DNA of 33,945 bases from a bacterium (GCA_043801585.1 JAZDLX010000114.1:1-33945), one strand, 5' to 3'. Shown: positions 1-9,898, numbered from the stretch's first letter. The notes: generated from the sequence alone by a model not told the origin. Translations and numbers: made by a program.

Positions 1-207
1 CTCCAGCAAGTCACGAAGCTCCTGCTCATCGAGCTGGAAGTGGGTGCCGAGGATCGAACGGATATTCTCCATCTCCTCCGTGCTGATCTTCTCGTCCGCA
101 AAGGCCACATCCAACAGGAGAATGGTGACGGCCAGCGCGAGTTCGCAAGTATCTACTGCAAGACCAGGATCACGCCGGCGGATGCTCTCAAGGATGCTCT
201 TTTCCAT
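1..207 (-). CDS. TerB-family (tellurite resistance TerB-like) protein, 5' part, runs off the window
   Basis: Not in the ORF track. Manual translation from ATG at 207: MEKSILESIRRRDPGLAVDTCELALAVTILLLDVAFADEKISTEEMENIRSILGTHFQLDEQELRDLLE, which fits the TerB pattern LLxxVAxADxxIxxxE...F.L. Confidence 0.75.
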   Translation of the reverse strand, partial: MEKSILESIRRRDPGLAVDTCELALAVTILLLDVAFADEKISTEEMENIRSILGTHFQLDEQELRDLLE

Positions 208-407
208 GGTTCCATCCAATGCAGATCATGAGGAGGTTTTATGAAAACTAGACATTTCTATCATCGTGAAAAAGACGGGAAGGAAAATGAATCAACTGCG
301 GCATCTGTGTTTTGGAGATTGGAATTCATCAACGGTTGACGGGCGTGCAAGGTGAGTCAAGATTTCGAAGTTCCGTGGTCCTTCGGCAGGGAAATTCTAT
401 TGGCGAG

Positions 408-435
408 AAAAAGAGGCTCCTTGAATAAGGAGCCT
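408..435 (-). terminator. Rho-independent terminator after tRNA-Thr
   Basis: 9-bp stem AGGCTCCTT/AAGGAGCCT followed by a T-run on the minus strand. Confidence 0.75.
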
Positions 436-442
436 TTTCCTG

Positions 443-515
443 AGCCACCTGTCGGATTTGAACCGACGACCTGCGCATTACGAATGCGCTGCTCTACCAA
501 CTGAGCTAAGGTGGC
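443..515 (-). tRNA. tRNA-Thr (anticodon CGT), CCA not encoded
   Basis: GCCACCTTAGCTCAGTTGGTAGAGCA-GCGCA TTCGTAA TGCGC-AGGTCGTCGGTTCAAATCCGACAGGTGGCT forms a full cloverleaf. Confidence 0.97.
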
Positions 516-568
516 GACTGCAAAAACGAGGACCGTTCGCAGTGCCAGAACGGTCCTGAAGCGACGTG

Positions 569-597
569 AATATAGGTTTTTGTCGTGAAACGTGCAA
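569..597 (-). promoter_or_regulatory. sigma70-like promoter of tRNA-Thr
   Basis: TTGCAC-N17-TATATT about 55 nt upstream of the tRNA. Confidence 0.6.
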
Positions 598-682
598 CGT
601 TTTGGCGAACGCCGGAGACTCGCAGGGCAACATCTCCAGAATCCAAAAGCACTTCCCGGTCGTCAGGTGGATCTTCGTTCTG

Positions 683-1327
683 TCAATCGTCGAAGAACGG
701 CGCCACGTTATCGAGCGGCACCTTCAACGTCTGCGGCGATTTCTCTTCAACGACCAGGTGCTGTACGATTTCGTGAATCACCTTCATCTGGACAGGTTTC
801 GTCAGGATCGCATCGGCGCCACTGCGCAGGGCCACTTCGGCATTCTCACGGGTGTGGTGGCCTGTGATCACGATGACACGGCAACCGCGGAGACGGTTGT
901 CGCTGCGAATGTCCCGAAGCACGTGAAATCCATCCAGTCCCGGCATCATCAGGTCGAGGAATACCAGGTATGGAATTGAACGGCTGAGTTTCCTGCCCGC
1001 ATCGTATCCGTCAACGGCGTAATCAACTTCGATTGCCGGGAACCGTTCACGGATGCCCATCACCAGCGCCTCGCGGGTTGCTTCGTCATCCTCGACAATA
1101 AGTACTCGTTTTTGCTGGGCTTCAGAGCCGGAGTAGGGATTCATCCGCTGCTGGTGCTTGCGAAGGAATCGAGCAAGATCTTCGCGATGGATGCGGCGGT
1201 GGCCTCCCGGGGTGCGCGCTGCCGGAAGCCAACCCTTGCGCACCCAGGAGTTGACCGTCTGGTGGTGCACGCCTACGATTTTCGCTACTTCAAAGGTGGA
1301 CAGCAACTCCTTTTCGTTTAAATCCAT
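683..1327 (-). CDS. Response regulator with N-terminal MerR/excisionase-like HTH and C-terminal REC domain
   Basis: LSTFEVAKIVGVHHQTVNSW...RTPGGHRRI (HTH_17/MerR-like); LIVEDD...LDLMMPGLDG...ITG...KP (receiver domain). Confidence 0.9.
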   Translation of the reverse strand: MDLNEKELLSTFEVAKIVGVHHQTVNSWVRKGWLPAARTPGGHRRIHREDLARFLRKHQQRMNPYSGSEAQQKRVLIVEDDEATREALVMGIRERFPAIEVDYAVDGYDAGRKLSRSIPYLVFLDLMMPGLDGFHVLRDIRSDNRLRGCRVIVITGHHTRENAEVALRSGADAILTKPVQMKVIHEIVQHLVVEEKSPQTLKVPLDNVAPFFDD

Positions 1328-1625
1328 CGTTCTGTCCTTTTTGCGTTAGGAGGGTAAAATTTCGGTATCAGTTATATAATCAATTGAAGCTTTCTTCGTT
1401 GTTAATTTAAATAATGAGTCGTCAAGAGTAAACTTACAACTGAGCCTCTGGAGCAATACCAAATTCTTAAATCCATCGCCCTCAAAGGTTACGATTGTTA
1501 CGCTTGATGAGGCAAGAATATTTCACTCGATCAACCAAACCACAAAAATTGACACCTTTTTATCGTAATTCGTATTACGTTGTTCTCATGGAATCCGGGT
1601 TTGGTCAGGCAGGGTCAACAAATGG

Positions 1626-1649
1626 AAAAGGACCGGTTTTCACCGGTCC
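1626..1649 (-). terminator. Terminator after tRNA-Phe
   Basis: GGACCGGT-GAAA-ACCGGTCC-TTTT on the minus strand. Confidence 0.75.
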
Positions 1650-1657
1650 CAAGGGTG

Positions 1658-1730
<73 letters not shown>

Positions 1731-1759
1731 GTGCTTCCGTTTTCTCCCGGCGAGCGCAA

Positions 1760-1788
1760 AAAGTAGCCCCCGACCCCCTGAAAGTCAA
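1760..1788 (-). promoter_or_regulatory. sigma70-like promoter of tRNA-Phe
   Basis: TTGACT-N17-TACTTT about 30 nt upstream of the tRNA. Confidence 0.65.
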
Positions 1789-1940
1789 GCAGATACGGGA
1801 GCCCCCGGGGCGCGGGAACAACGATTGATAATCCTGAACAATAAGCACATCAACTTCCTTTTCCGATTTGAGAATCGGCTCACCCCCGACCTTGCTCCTG
1901 TGACCGCGCCGAGTCAAATGAACCGGATGCAATGAATCGT

Positions 1941-1969
1941 TTGACGGAATGATGGTTCCTGATTATACT
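1941..1969 (+). promoter_or_regulatory. sigma70-like promoter of the HDOD gene
   Basis: TTGACG-N17-TATACT. Confidence 0.65.
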
Positions 1970-2045
1970 TGTTTCTTCTTTGGTGATTCAGGCGGGGTGA
2001 TGCCCGCATTGACCTGATCCGGCGACGTTCCCCGGTCTGGAGGTT

Positions 2046-2936
2046 TTGGTGGATCCAAGGGTTACCATTCAATCACTTCTGGAGAACCTTGAAACTCTTC
2101 CCACTCTTCCAGAAATCGCCCTCCAGGTGCTTAAGCTCTCCGGAGATCCAGACGCCGACATCAACGATTACCATGCACTGATCAGTCATGATGCGGCTTT
2201 GACCGCGAAAATCCTCCGCGTGGCGAACTCCGCGTATTACGGTCTTCGGAACAAGGTTTCCACCCTGAAAATGGCGGTGGTGATGCTGGGGCTGGAAGAA
2301 ACGAACCGTCTCGCTCGCGCCTTTTCCTTCCTGCAATCCTTCCCCCAGGGCAAGACCGGATCACGCTTCGAGTTCAACCGTTTCTGGTTGCACAATATCG
2401 CTGTCTCCGAAATCATCCAGGGGTTGTCTTCGCGCATCGCCTACAATCACGCGAGCGAAGTTTCGACAGGCGGTCTCCTGCACGATATCGGGGTCATTGT
2501 CGCCGCATCCTTCTACCAGAACGAATTCATCGAAGTCATCAACACCGTTGTAGAGAAAAAAACGAACCGCCTGGAAGTCGAACGGGAGATCTACGGGATG
2601 GATCATACCGTAATCGGGAAAACCCTGGCGGAACGCTGGAACCTTCCGGAAAATCTGGTCGAAATCATTCGTTACCACCACGATCCCACCTCAGCTTCAC
2701 CGGAACATCTGTTCGATGTCAGTCTCGCTTACATGGCAAATCAAATTGCCCAATTTTACGGCGTCAACCTGATCGTTTTGGATGAACCGTCCGTCGATGT
2801 CGTTGGCGATCCCAATTGGGATATCCTCCTTGAAACCAGCCTGAATCCCTCACGGCTGAGTGCAAAGGATCTGATCGCTTCCTGTTCGGAAGACATCGAG
2901 AGGGCTCGCGATTTCTTTGAAATGAGCACCCACTGA
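2046..2936 (+). CDS. HDOD domain-containing signal transduction protein
   Basis: LPTLPEIALQVL...DAALTAKILRVANSAYYG...FWLHN...GLLHDIG...DHTVIG..LAERWNLP...IRYHH; RBS GGAGG at 2039-2043 (start TTG 2046 or GTG 2049). Confidence 0.92.
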   Translation: MVDPRVTIQSLLENLETLPTLPEIALQVLKLSGDPDADINDYHALISHDAALTAKILRVANSAYYGLRNKVSTLKMAVVMLGLEETNRLARAFSFLQSFPQGKTGSRFEFNRFWLHNIAVSEIIQGLSSRIAYNHASEVSTGGLLHDIGVIVAASFYQNEFIEVINTVVEKKTNRLEVEREIYGMDHTVIGKTLAERWNLPENLVEIIRYHHDPTSASPEHLFDVSLAYMANQIAQFYGVNLIVLDEPSVDVVGDPNWDILLETSLNPSRLSAKDLIASCSEDIERARDFFEMSTH

Positions 2937-3272
2937 GCAAATGTTGAATCGCCGCTTGTTTCGTCCCTGAAGACAGCATCCGGTCCACAAATCCTCAACG
3001 ATTCGATCAGGAAAGATCAGCCTTTCCTTGAGATTCCACCGGAGCTATTATATTCTGTAATATACTGTTATATTGATGTTTAGTTGCAATATTCGACTCT
3101 CTTGCGCTTGCAGTGCTGAGAAATCGTCCAACAAAAGTTAAAGGAATCGGTGAGATATGCCGATAGAGAAAATGAACGGGACAACCCGTTTCTGGACGGT
3201 CCCATCCACTTTGGGAGGTCTGCCGAATGTAACTGCCCTTCCGACGCACATGCGATGGAGAGACCCCTTGCT

Positions 3273-3308
3273 GTCAGACACACCCGGCTTTCAGGCCGGG
3301 TGTCTGAC
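3273..3308. terminator. Strong hairpin just after the saccharopine dehydrogenase-like gene
   Basis: GTCAGACA(CA)CCCGGC...GCCGGGTGTCTGAC inverted repeat, no clear T-run. Confidence 0.45.
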
Positions 3309-3325
3309 TCCAGGCCGTCTCGGCA

Positions 3326-4471
3326 TCATTTGACAGGCCGCACGCTGCAATCGATCCTGACCCCGCGTTCCGCCAACCGCTCGACCAGCAGATCGGCGTT
3401 GACCACCCGCTCCTGGTAAAGGACCCCACGTTCGGGAATTTCCCCTTCGGTGACCATTCTCAGGATAAGGCTGCCCGGCCAGGCGGTGGTGCGCTGCATC
3501 GAGGTGAACTGCTTCTGCGTGTCGTAGAGATCCACCATTTCATAGACGACTTCGGAGGGTTTTCCCCCTTTATTGCCACGGACGGTTACGCGCATCAGGG
3601 TTTCATCCGGCGGGTCATGCGGCAGTGATTCAACGAGCATCTCCTCAAACACCTCCCGTGGCACATACCTCCGTCCCTCGGCTTCGATCACCTTTTCGGA
3701 GCGAAAACCGATGTCGAAGGCGAAGCGGATCAATTCCACGTGCCCGGGATAGCGAATGGTCTTGCAATCCAGTTCATCGAGGACATCGGCGAACGTTTCA
3801 GGGAGTGTGCTGACTCCTCCAGATGTATAAAACGCTTCGAACTCCCTGTCACCAAAGGAGAGCTTCTCGAGGCCGGTCAAGCTCGGACGTGTGGTCTTTT
3901 CGCCGCCGGTCACAATCACGCTCGGCTCGAGGTATTCGTTCGTCAGACCGCGGACGCTGAAAATGAGTGCGTAGTTGAGCGGCGGCTGAGGATCCTGGGG
4001 AAGCCCTCCCACCCGGATGTACGCGGCGCTGGCCTGATCCAGTTTTTTCACTCCACCGGCAACAAGTACTCCCGCAAGTCCGGGAGTCAGCCCGGTATCC
4101 GGAACGATGGCAACGCCAGCCGACTTCGCCTGTTCGTTCAGCTCGTGCTGGGCATGGACTACGTCGTGGTTGCCGCCGTAATCGACGGTGTTGCACGCGG
4201 CCTCTATCGCCCATTTCGTGAGATCGAGGTTCAGCGAATAATCGGCAGCGAACACCGCTCCATCCGCCCATTCCAGGCTTGGGAGGACCTCGTCACGGTT
4301 ACGGAAATTGACAACCGAACCGGCCGAATCCGGGAGACCGAGGAAGGCGAGCGCTTTGCTCAGGTTTTTCGTGTCAGCATCGGCGAGGCGGACCTCGGCG
4401 CCGGATTCGATCAGATCCCACGCGGCGGCCAATCCCTGGCGTCCTGAACCCATGACAACATAGCGCGGCAT
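3326..4471 (-). CDS. Saccharopine dehydrogenase / lysine 6-dehydrogenase family oxidoreductase
   Basis: Rossmann motif GSGRQG; DTGLTPG; VGGLPQ.P.PPLNY..FS..GL.NEY; EAF.TSGG; KTIRYPGH; MQRTT. ATG 4471 has AAAGGA RBS (alternative start 4477). Confidence 0.88.
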   Translation of the reverse strand: MPRYVVMGSGRQGLAAAWDLIESGAEVRLADADTKNLSKALAFLGLPDSAGSVVNFRNRDEVLPSLEWADGAVFAADYSLNLDLTKWAIEAACNTVDYGGNHDVVHAQHELNEQAKSAGVAIVPDTGLTPGLAGVLVAGGVKKLDQASAAYIRVGGLPQDPQPPLNYALIFSVRGLTNEYLEPSVIVTGGEKTTRPSLTGLEKLSFGDREFEAFYTSGGVSTLPETFADVLDELDCKTIRYPGHVELIRFAFDIGFRSEKVIEAEGRRYVPREVFEEMLVESLPHDPPDETLMRVTVRGNKGGKPSEVVYEMVDLYDTQKQFTSMQRTTAWPGSLILRMVTEGEIPERGVLYQERVVNADLLVERLAERGVRIDCSVRPVK

Positions 4472-4506
4472 TGTCATTCCTTTCGTATAACGAACGTCAA
4501 ACCCAA

Positions 4507-5313
4507 TCAGGCGGACAGTATCAGGCGAATCGCATCGGCCAGCAGGAGAACAGCGAAGATTTTACGATAGGTGGACGATTCCACACGGCGATTCAGCATC
4601 GCACCGATCTGTGCACCCGGAATACTCATGGCGGCAAGCGAGATGACGGCGACGACATTGACCAGTCCGACGAATCCATCTCCGGGATCGACCACGGGGA
4701 CCGCCGTCAGTTTCTGAAGGGCGCCGGCCATCGCGGCGAAGCAAATGACTCCCGAAGAGGTCGCGGCGAGATGCCGTGTGGGGACATGGGTGAGAAACGC
4801 CATCGCTGGGACCAGAACCACTCCCCCCGCCAATCCCGTAAATCCCGCGAATACTCCGACACCGAATCCCAGCAGCAGCCAGACAGTCGTGCTGAGGGAC
4901 TTCATCGGCCTGTCCGAGGCAGGTTTTTCGAGGAACATGCGCGACGCGACGAGCAGCAGTGCGATTGCCAGCGCCACCTGCAGGTTCTCACCTGGTACGT
5001 CCAGCGAAACCATGCTTGCCAGCCAGCTTCCAGTAAAACTCGATGCTGCGAGCAATGGAACGAGCCGCCAAAGGACATTCCCCTGCTTATGATGGCGCAT
5101 CAACGAAGACCCGGACGCAAAGGTTGACACAGCAAGCGAGGTTCCCATCGCCGCCTGTACAAAAACGACGTCCGGCACTTTCCAGATGTGGAACAAATCG
5201 AGCAATACGGGCACCAGGATGATCCCCCCGCCCACACCGAGGAATCCGGCGGTCAAACCAACCGCAAGTCCAATCCCGAGCAGCAGCAGTATCGTTATCA
5301 ATCCAAGTTCCAA
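4507..5313 (-). CDS. Sulfite exporter TauE/SafE family membrane protein
   Basis: GFLGVGGGIILVP and GFTGLAGGVVLVP repeats, AMGTSLA, about 8 TM segments; GGAGG RBS before TTG. Confidence 0.9.
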   Translation of the reverse strand: MELGLITILLLLGIGLAVGLTAGFLGVGGGIILVPVLLDLFHIWKVPDVVFVQAAMGTSLAVSTFASGSSLMRHHKQGNVLWRLVPLLAASSFTGSWLASMVSLDVPGENLQVALAIALLLVASRMFLEKPASDRPMKSLSTTVWLLLGFGVGVFAGFTGLAGGVVLVPAMAFLTHVPTRHLAATSSGVICFAAMAGALQKLTAVPVVDPGDGFVGLVNVVAVISLAAMSIPGAQIGAMLNRRVESSTYRKIFAVLLLADAIRLILSA

Positions 5314-5386
5314 GGGGCCTCCGGTGGCAACACAGAAGGAAAAGAAAGGTGTTCATCCGTTTGGGTTCAACAAGACAACTCAGATG

Positions 5387-5950
5387 TCAGATATACTCCT
5401 GACCATGCCAGGGGGTTTCCGGTTTGCCCGCTCGATGATTCGCCCATCGCGCAAGCGTGAAAAGAAGATCAGAGAGACGGTTGACAAAAATCAGGCTGTG
5501 CTCGTTTACAGCACCCCCCGTTTCGATCAATTCCGTCAGCCTCCGTTCTCCGCGCCGGCAGATGGTGCGGGCGATGTGGAGCGCCGCTCCCGGCTGCGAT
5601 CCACCGGGGAGGATGAAATGTGTCAGCGGGGGCAGAATCTGGTCCAGCCGATCGATTTCCCGTTCAAGAGCGGTCACATGTTCCTGCTGCAAACGGGGTA
5701 TCTTCGCCCCCTCCTCGCTGAGAGAGGAATCCGCGGCGACATCGCTGCAGAGCAGGTGAACGTGATTCTGGATTCGCTCGAGAACCGCCTCAAGTTCGGA
5801 ATCGTCGGTTATCGAACGAGCATAACCGATCCAGGAATTCAGTTCGTCAAACGTCCCATAGGCTTCAACCCGCGGATGGTGTTTGGCAACACGTCCTCCG
5901 CGAAGAAGACTCGTTTCGCCTCGATCTCCCGTCTTGGTGTAAATCTTCAT
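5387..5950 (-). CDS. pduO: ATP:cob(I)alamin adenosyltransferase, PduO type
   Basis: KIYTKTGDRGET...RVEAYGTFDELNS...FILPGG...LHIARTICRRGER...NRLSDLLFTLAR signature. Confidence 0.95.
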   Translation of the reverse strand: MKIYTKTGDRGETSLLRGGRVAKHHPRVEAYGTFDELNSWIGYARSITDDSELEAVLERIQNHVHLLCSDVAADSSLSEEGAKIPRLQQEHVTALEREIDRLDQILPPLTHFILPGGSQPGAALHIARTICRRGERRLTELIETGGAVNEHSLIFVNRLSDLLFTLARWANHRAGKPETPWHGQEYI

Positions 5951-5977
5951 GAAAGGCCGCCGGACATTACTGGAACG

Positions 5978-6361
5978 TTACTCGGCGGATTCGCCGCCGC
6001 CCACGGCTTCCGGTTCGATCGGCTGCTTTGCTCTCGCCCTTCGCAGCGCGACCAGCCGCTGCATGTCAGCCGCGACAATCGGATCGTTTTCGAGCTCGCC
6101 CATGATCTGGATGAGATACTCCCGGTTGAGATTCCCCGGGGCGAGTACGATGCGATACAGTGCGAAACCGCGCCAGCGGCGTTCTTTTACCCAGCCTGCG
6201 AGGCGAAGACGCCCCAGGTGACGGGATACTTTCGGCTGAGCCAGCTCGAGCGCATGGCCGATGTCCGCCACGGACAGCTCACCCGCCTGTTCGAGCAGAA
6301 TCAGAATCCGTAAACGGCTCTCCTCGCCCATCGCCCTAAGGATTTCAACCGTCTCATCCAT
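5978..6361 (-). CDS. ArsR/SmtB family transcriptional regulator
   Basis: RAMGEESRLRIL..L...ELSV......L...QPKVSRHL..LRLAGWV..RR....YR. Confidence 0.9.
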   Translation of the reverse strand: MDETVEILRAMGEESRLRILILLEQAGELSVADIGHALELAQPKVSRHLGRLRLAGWVKERRWRGFALYRIVLAPGNLNREYLIQIMGELENDPIVAADMQRLVALRRARAKQPIEPEAVGGGESAE

Positions 6362-6622
6362 GTGGCCACCCTCATGTTTTCATCTATACGCAAAAGCGAA
6401 AATAGCAAGACAGAATGCAGGGTACAACCGACTCTCTCCGGTCTCGAATCCGTGAGGAGCCGAAAAATCGAGAGAACCGGCCGATGGGAGGCTAATGAGC
6501 CTCCATCAGTATTTCCTCGCACTCTTCTTCGAGAAGCTAACATGTTCTTAACTCATGTTGCGCAGTTTTGCAAGCTACAGGTATCCTTTACGCGGCGGTG
6601 ATGAGACCGGAAGAAGACAAAA

Positions 6623-6847
6623 ATGAAGGATTCGGGATTCTCACTGGATGGGCGTTTCGACCGTGATTCGATCGCCGGAATGCTTGAGGACATGGCTACC
6701 GGAATGCGTGACGGCAACCTGACTCTTGAACGTGATGGCGATTCGCTTAATCTTCATCCGAACAGCGGTGTTCACCTCACCGTGGAAGCGGTACAAAGAC
6801 ATTCAGAAGAAACGATTGCACTTCGCATCCAATGGAAACGAGGTTGA
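6623..6847 (+). CDS. amphi-Trp domain-containing small protein
   Basis: 74 aa, DRDSIAGMLEDMATGMRDGNLTL....L.LHP...V.LTVEA......I.LRIQW pattern with a C-terminal Trp. Confidence 0.75.
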   Translation: MKDSGFSLDGRFDRDSIAGMLEDMATGMRDGNLTLERDGDSLNLHPNSGVHLTVEAVQRHSEETIALRIQWKRG

Positions 6848-6917
6848 GGTTCAACGGTCGCGTGTATTCCTCGAACCAACAGCTTCCGGTACTCATATGT
6901 GTCGTGGGGAGCGGATG

Positions 6918-7466
6918 TTACTCCACCGATGACTTTTCCACGGAGGACAATGACCAGTAGCGCCCGTCCAGGTAGACGATCTGCTGACGGCTGAGGGGGT
7001 CCACTTTTCCGCTTCTTCTCACAATCCTCTCCTCCGCATGAATCGCCAGAACCTCGCCGATAAACAGTGTATGTGATCCCAACTCCATTCTTTCCCTGAC
7101 CTTGCACGCGAGAATGATCGGCATCTCGACGATCATCGGTGCTTGCGCGAGAGGTGCGCAGGCCGTCGCTGTCAACCCCAGCGTATCAACTTTGTTTTCC
7201 TTTCGCCCCGAAACCGCCCCGCAATGCTGTACAGCCTTAAGTTGATGAACGAACGGCACATTGACGGTGAATTCGCCGCTTTCATCGATCAATTGGTGAC
7301 TGAATCGTGACGGCCGGATGGCGACTGCAACCTGCGGAGGTTCCGAACAGACAACACCAAACCAGGCGCAGGTCATCAGGTTCGGAGCATCGACCGTGCC
7401 GCAACCGATTAATACGGCTGGCGCCGGAAACGTGTGTACGTAGGGCTTCAGTTGGATGTGGGGCAT
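6918..7466 (-). CDS. Flavin reductase family (FMN-binding split barrel) protein
   Basis: PAPAVLI...NLMTCAW......PP.V.V.IRP.RFS..LI..SGEFTVN...CG..SG....K...ELGSHTLFIGEV. Confidence 0.9.
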   Translation of the reverse strand: MPHIQLKPYVHTFPAPAVLIGCGTVDAPNLMTCAWFGVVCSEPPQVAVAIRPSRFSHQLIDESGEFTVNVPFVHQLKAVQHCGAVSGRKENKVDTLGLTATACAPLAQAPMIVEMPIILACKVRERMELGSHTLFIGEVLAIHAEERIVRRSGKVDPLSRQQIVYLDGRYWSLSSVEKSSVE

Positions 7467-7615
7467 TTTTGTCTCCCGTCGAAATTCCGGGCATTCAACC
7501 CGTATTCATGGACAATCACCGTAAAAAATCAGAAACAGTCCCTGAATACTGACAGTTGTGCCCTGAAAACACCTTCAGTCACAAAAGTGTCTGAATGAAG
7601 TCACTGATTTCCTCG

Positions 7616-7644
7616 TTGACGCACCCAGCACGATAACGTACCTT
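7616..7644 (+). promoter_or_regulatory. Possible sigma70-like promoter of the acyl-CoA ligase
   Basis: TTGACG-N17-TACCTT. Confidence 0.5.
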
Positions 7645-7684
7645 CATCAGGTCATTGCATGCCACAACCATCCCTGGGGGAATC

Positions 7685-9430
7685 ATGTACCGTTACGAAC
7701 GCTACCTCCGCGCCGATCGAGGGCTGTTTCCATTGTCTGAGCTTGCTTCAAGGAGTGCGCAGGACTTCAGCACCCAACCCGTGATGAGACGCTGGAATGG
7801 CGACGGTTACGATGAAATCACCTACGGCGATTTTGCCAGACAGGTTCAAGCGATCGCCCGCTGGCTGGTTGATAACGGCATCGTCCCGGGAGACCGGATT
7901 TCCCTGCTTGCGGAAAACCGTCCCGAGTGGGGCATGGTGTATCTCGGTGTGCAGGCCGCCGGAGCGATCATTGTCCCGGTGGACAGCATGATGCCACCGA
8001 GTGGGATACGTCATATCATCGCAAACAGTGAATCCCGTTTCCTGTTCTGCAGCGAGAAATTCCACAAGGCGGTAGAAGAACTGGCGCCGATTTCAACGCT
8101 CGAGAAGATCATTTACATGGATGATATCGAGAGCGAAGAATCCCTCTCCTTCTCAGCCGTGCTCGAGAGCGGAAATGCAAGCAATACGTCTCTGCCGAAA
8201 CGTCAGATGGATGAGTTGGCGGCCATCATCTACACATCCGGCACGACAGGCCACAGCAAAGGGGTCATGCTGACTCAGCAAAACCTGATGAGCAACGTGG
8301 CCGCAGCCAGCCGGATCCTTCCATTGGGACCTGAAGACACCTTCCTGTCCGTGTTGCCGATGCACCATACCTACGAGTGCACCACGGGATTTCTGCTTCC
8401 GATCTATTGTGGAAGTTCGATCACCTACGCACGCAGCCTGAAGTCGCAGGAGTTGCTCGACGACATGCGCCGGACAAATGTGACGATTATGGTTGCCGTG
8501 CCGCTGCTCTACGAAAAGATGTACGAGGGAATCACACGCAAACTCTCGAAAGCGCCGTTGGCAACACGGTTGGTGGTCGGAGTGCTATTCGGACTCTCGC
8601 GGTTCTTCGGAATGTTCGGCCTGCGGGCCGGCAAGGTGCTGCTGCGGAGTCTGCGTGAAAAAGCGGGCATGGGCAGTGTGGTCTATTTCGTCAGTGGAGG
8701 TGGCCCGCTGGATCCGCGCATCGCGGATTTCTTCTCCCTGCTGGGACTCAACGCGCTGCAGGGATTTGGTCTGACGGAAACCAGTCCGTTGACTCATGTG
8801 AACCTTCCCGCCCGTCCAGACAGCGTCACCGTCGGCCCACCGATCTCCGGCGTGGAGCAGCGGATCGACAACCCGAACAGCGAAGGGATTGGCGAAATCG
8901 TCCTGCGCGGACCGAACATCTTCAAAGGGTATTACAAGAACGATGAAGCGACAAAGGAGGTGCTCAGCGAGGACGGCTGGTTCCACACGGGCGACCTGGG
9001 GAAGATCCATCCAAACGACTTTTTGCAGATTACAGGCCGGATGAAAAACATGCTGGTGACAGCGGGCGGAAAGAACGTTTACCCCGAAGAGATCGAGCAT
9101 TTTCTCAACCGCAGCCGGTTCATCGCCGAATCTCTGGTGCTCGGCATTCCCCGTCCCACGGGCTATGGCGATGAGGTAGCGGCGCTGATCTACCCCGACT
9201 ACGAACAGCTTGACCTGTATTTCGAGGAGTTGGGATCGAAGCCGAAGGACGAGGACGTCGTCAAGCTGATCAAGGGCGAGATCAAGGAGGCGCAGAAGAA
9301 CCTTCAGGATTACAAACGAATCCACCGATTCCGCCTGATGGAAGAGGAGTTCCAGAAGACATCCACGCGAAAAATCAAACGGTACCTCTACAGCGGGGAC
9401 ATGCTCGGGCTCAACGGTGAGAATGTTTGA
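7685..9430 (+). CDS. fadD: Long-chain fatty acid--CoA ligase (AMP-binding enzyme)
   Basis: IIYTSGTTGHSKG, GFGLTET, WFHTGDLG, GRMKNMLVTAGGKNVYPEEIE; start ATG 7685 after GGGGGAA RBS. Confidence 0.9.
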   Translation: MYRYERYLRADRGLFPLSELASRSAQDFSTQPVMRRWNGDGYDEITYGDFARQVQAIARWLVDNGIVPGDRISLLAENRPEWGMVYLGVQAAGAIIVPVDSMMPPSGIRHIIANSESRFLFCSEKFHKAVEELAPISTLEKIIYMDDIESEESLSFSAVLESGNASNTSLPKRQMDELAAIIYTSGTTGHSKGVMLTQQNLMSNVAAASRILPLGPEDTFLSVLPMHHTYECTTGFLLPIYCGSSITYARSLKSQELLDDMRRTNVTIMVAVPLLYEKMYEGITRKLSKAPLATRLVVGVLFGLSRFFGMFGLRAGKVLLRSLREKAGMGSVVYFVSGGGPLDPRIADFFSLLGLNALQGFGLTETSPLTHVNLPARPDSVTVGPPISGVEQRIDNPNSEGIGEIVLRGPNIFKGYYKNDEATKEVLSEDGWFHTGDLGKIHPNDFLQITGRMKNMLVTAGGKNVYPEEIEHFLNRSRFIAESLVLGIPRPTGYGDEVAALIYPDYEQLDLYFEELGSKPKDEDVVKLIKGEIKEAQKNLQDYKRIHRFRLMEEEFQKTSTRKIKRYLYSGDMLGLNGENV

Positions 9431-9455
9431 TCAGGTGATCATTAAGATCGTTCCC

Positions 9456-9489
9456 GCGCGCATGAGAAATTTCATGCGCGCTTTCTTTT
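9456..9489 (+). terminator. Rho-independent terminator of the acyl-CoA ligase gene
   Basis: GCGCGCATGA-N6-TCATGCGCGC followed by TTTCTTTT. Confidence 0.85.
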
Positions 9490-9522
9490 GAGGTGCGATA
9501 TTCTTCGGAACCGATGCACCCT

Positions 9523-9556
9523 AAAAAAGCGCCACGACTGTACGAGCCGTGGCGCT
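9523..9556 (-). terminator. Minus-strand terminator with no recognisable protein gene immediately upstream
   Basis: AGCGCCACGGCT-CGTAC-AGTCGTGGCGCT-TTTTT; the 12-bp stem has a G-U pair that only works on the minus strand. Confidence 0.8.
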
Positions 9557-9898
9557 CACGTCGGCGACCGAACCACCCGAATGAGATCTGCGGCTCCACA
9601 CCCGGGTTCCTCCTCGAGCTCGTTCACCGGCGTCAGCATGGTCAGACCGTTCCATTGCTGACGACATTGCAACCCATCCAACAACGAGATCCTCCGTTAT
9701 CGTCATGGCCTGCTTAGACATCTGTCTCGCCCCTGGAGCGTAGCCGGAGCCTCCAAGGGCGACAGCCGCACTGATGCGAGTTGTGTTGGTTCCCTGTCAA
9801 CAGATACCTCGCATCGTGCAGAAAACCGGAGTTTACAAGAGCATAAAAGCCGGCATCCCCCACCTCCCACATCTATCGGGATTCGAGGATTCCGGCTC
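9523..9898 (-). ncRNA. Candidate structured ncRNA, unit B
   Basis: Promoter-like TTGCAT-N18-TATTTT (9935-9906); stems 9848-9897, 9768-9819, 9727-9762, 9631-9663; terminator 9523-9556. Confidence 0.45.

Noticed and set aside
5186..6313. 375-aa plus-strand ORF (likewise 23809-24708 +, 28640-29761 -, 20952-21818 +, 8585-9325 -)
   Set aside because: Antisense shadows of well-supported genes in GC-rich DNA, with no motifs.
9521..9721. 66-aa minus-strand ORF MSKQAMTITEDL...
   Set aside because: No recognisable domain, weak RBS buried in a stem, and the frame runs through the terminator hairpin; better explained as RNA structure, although translation is not excluded.
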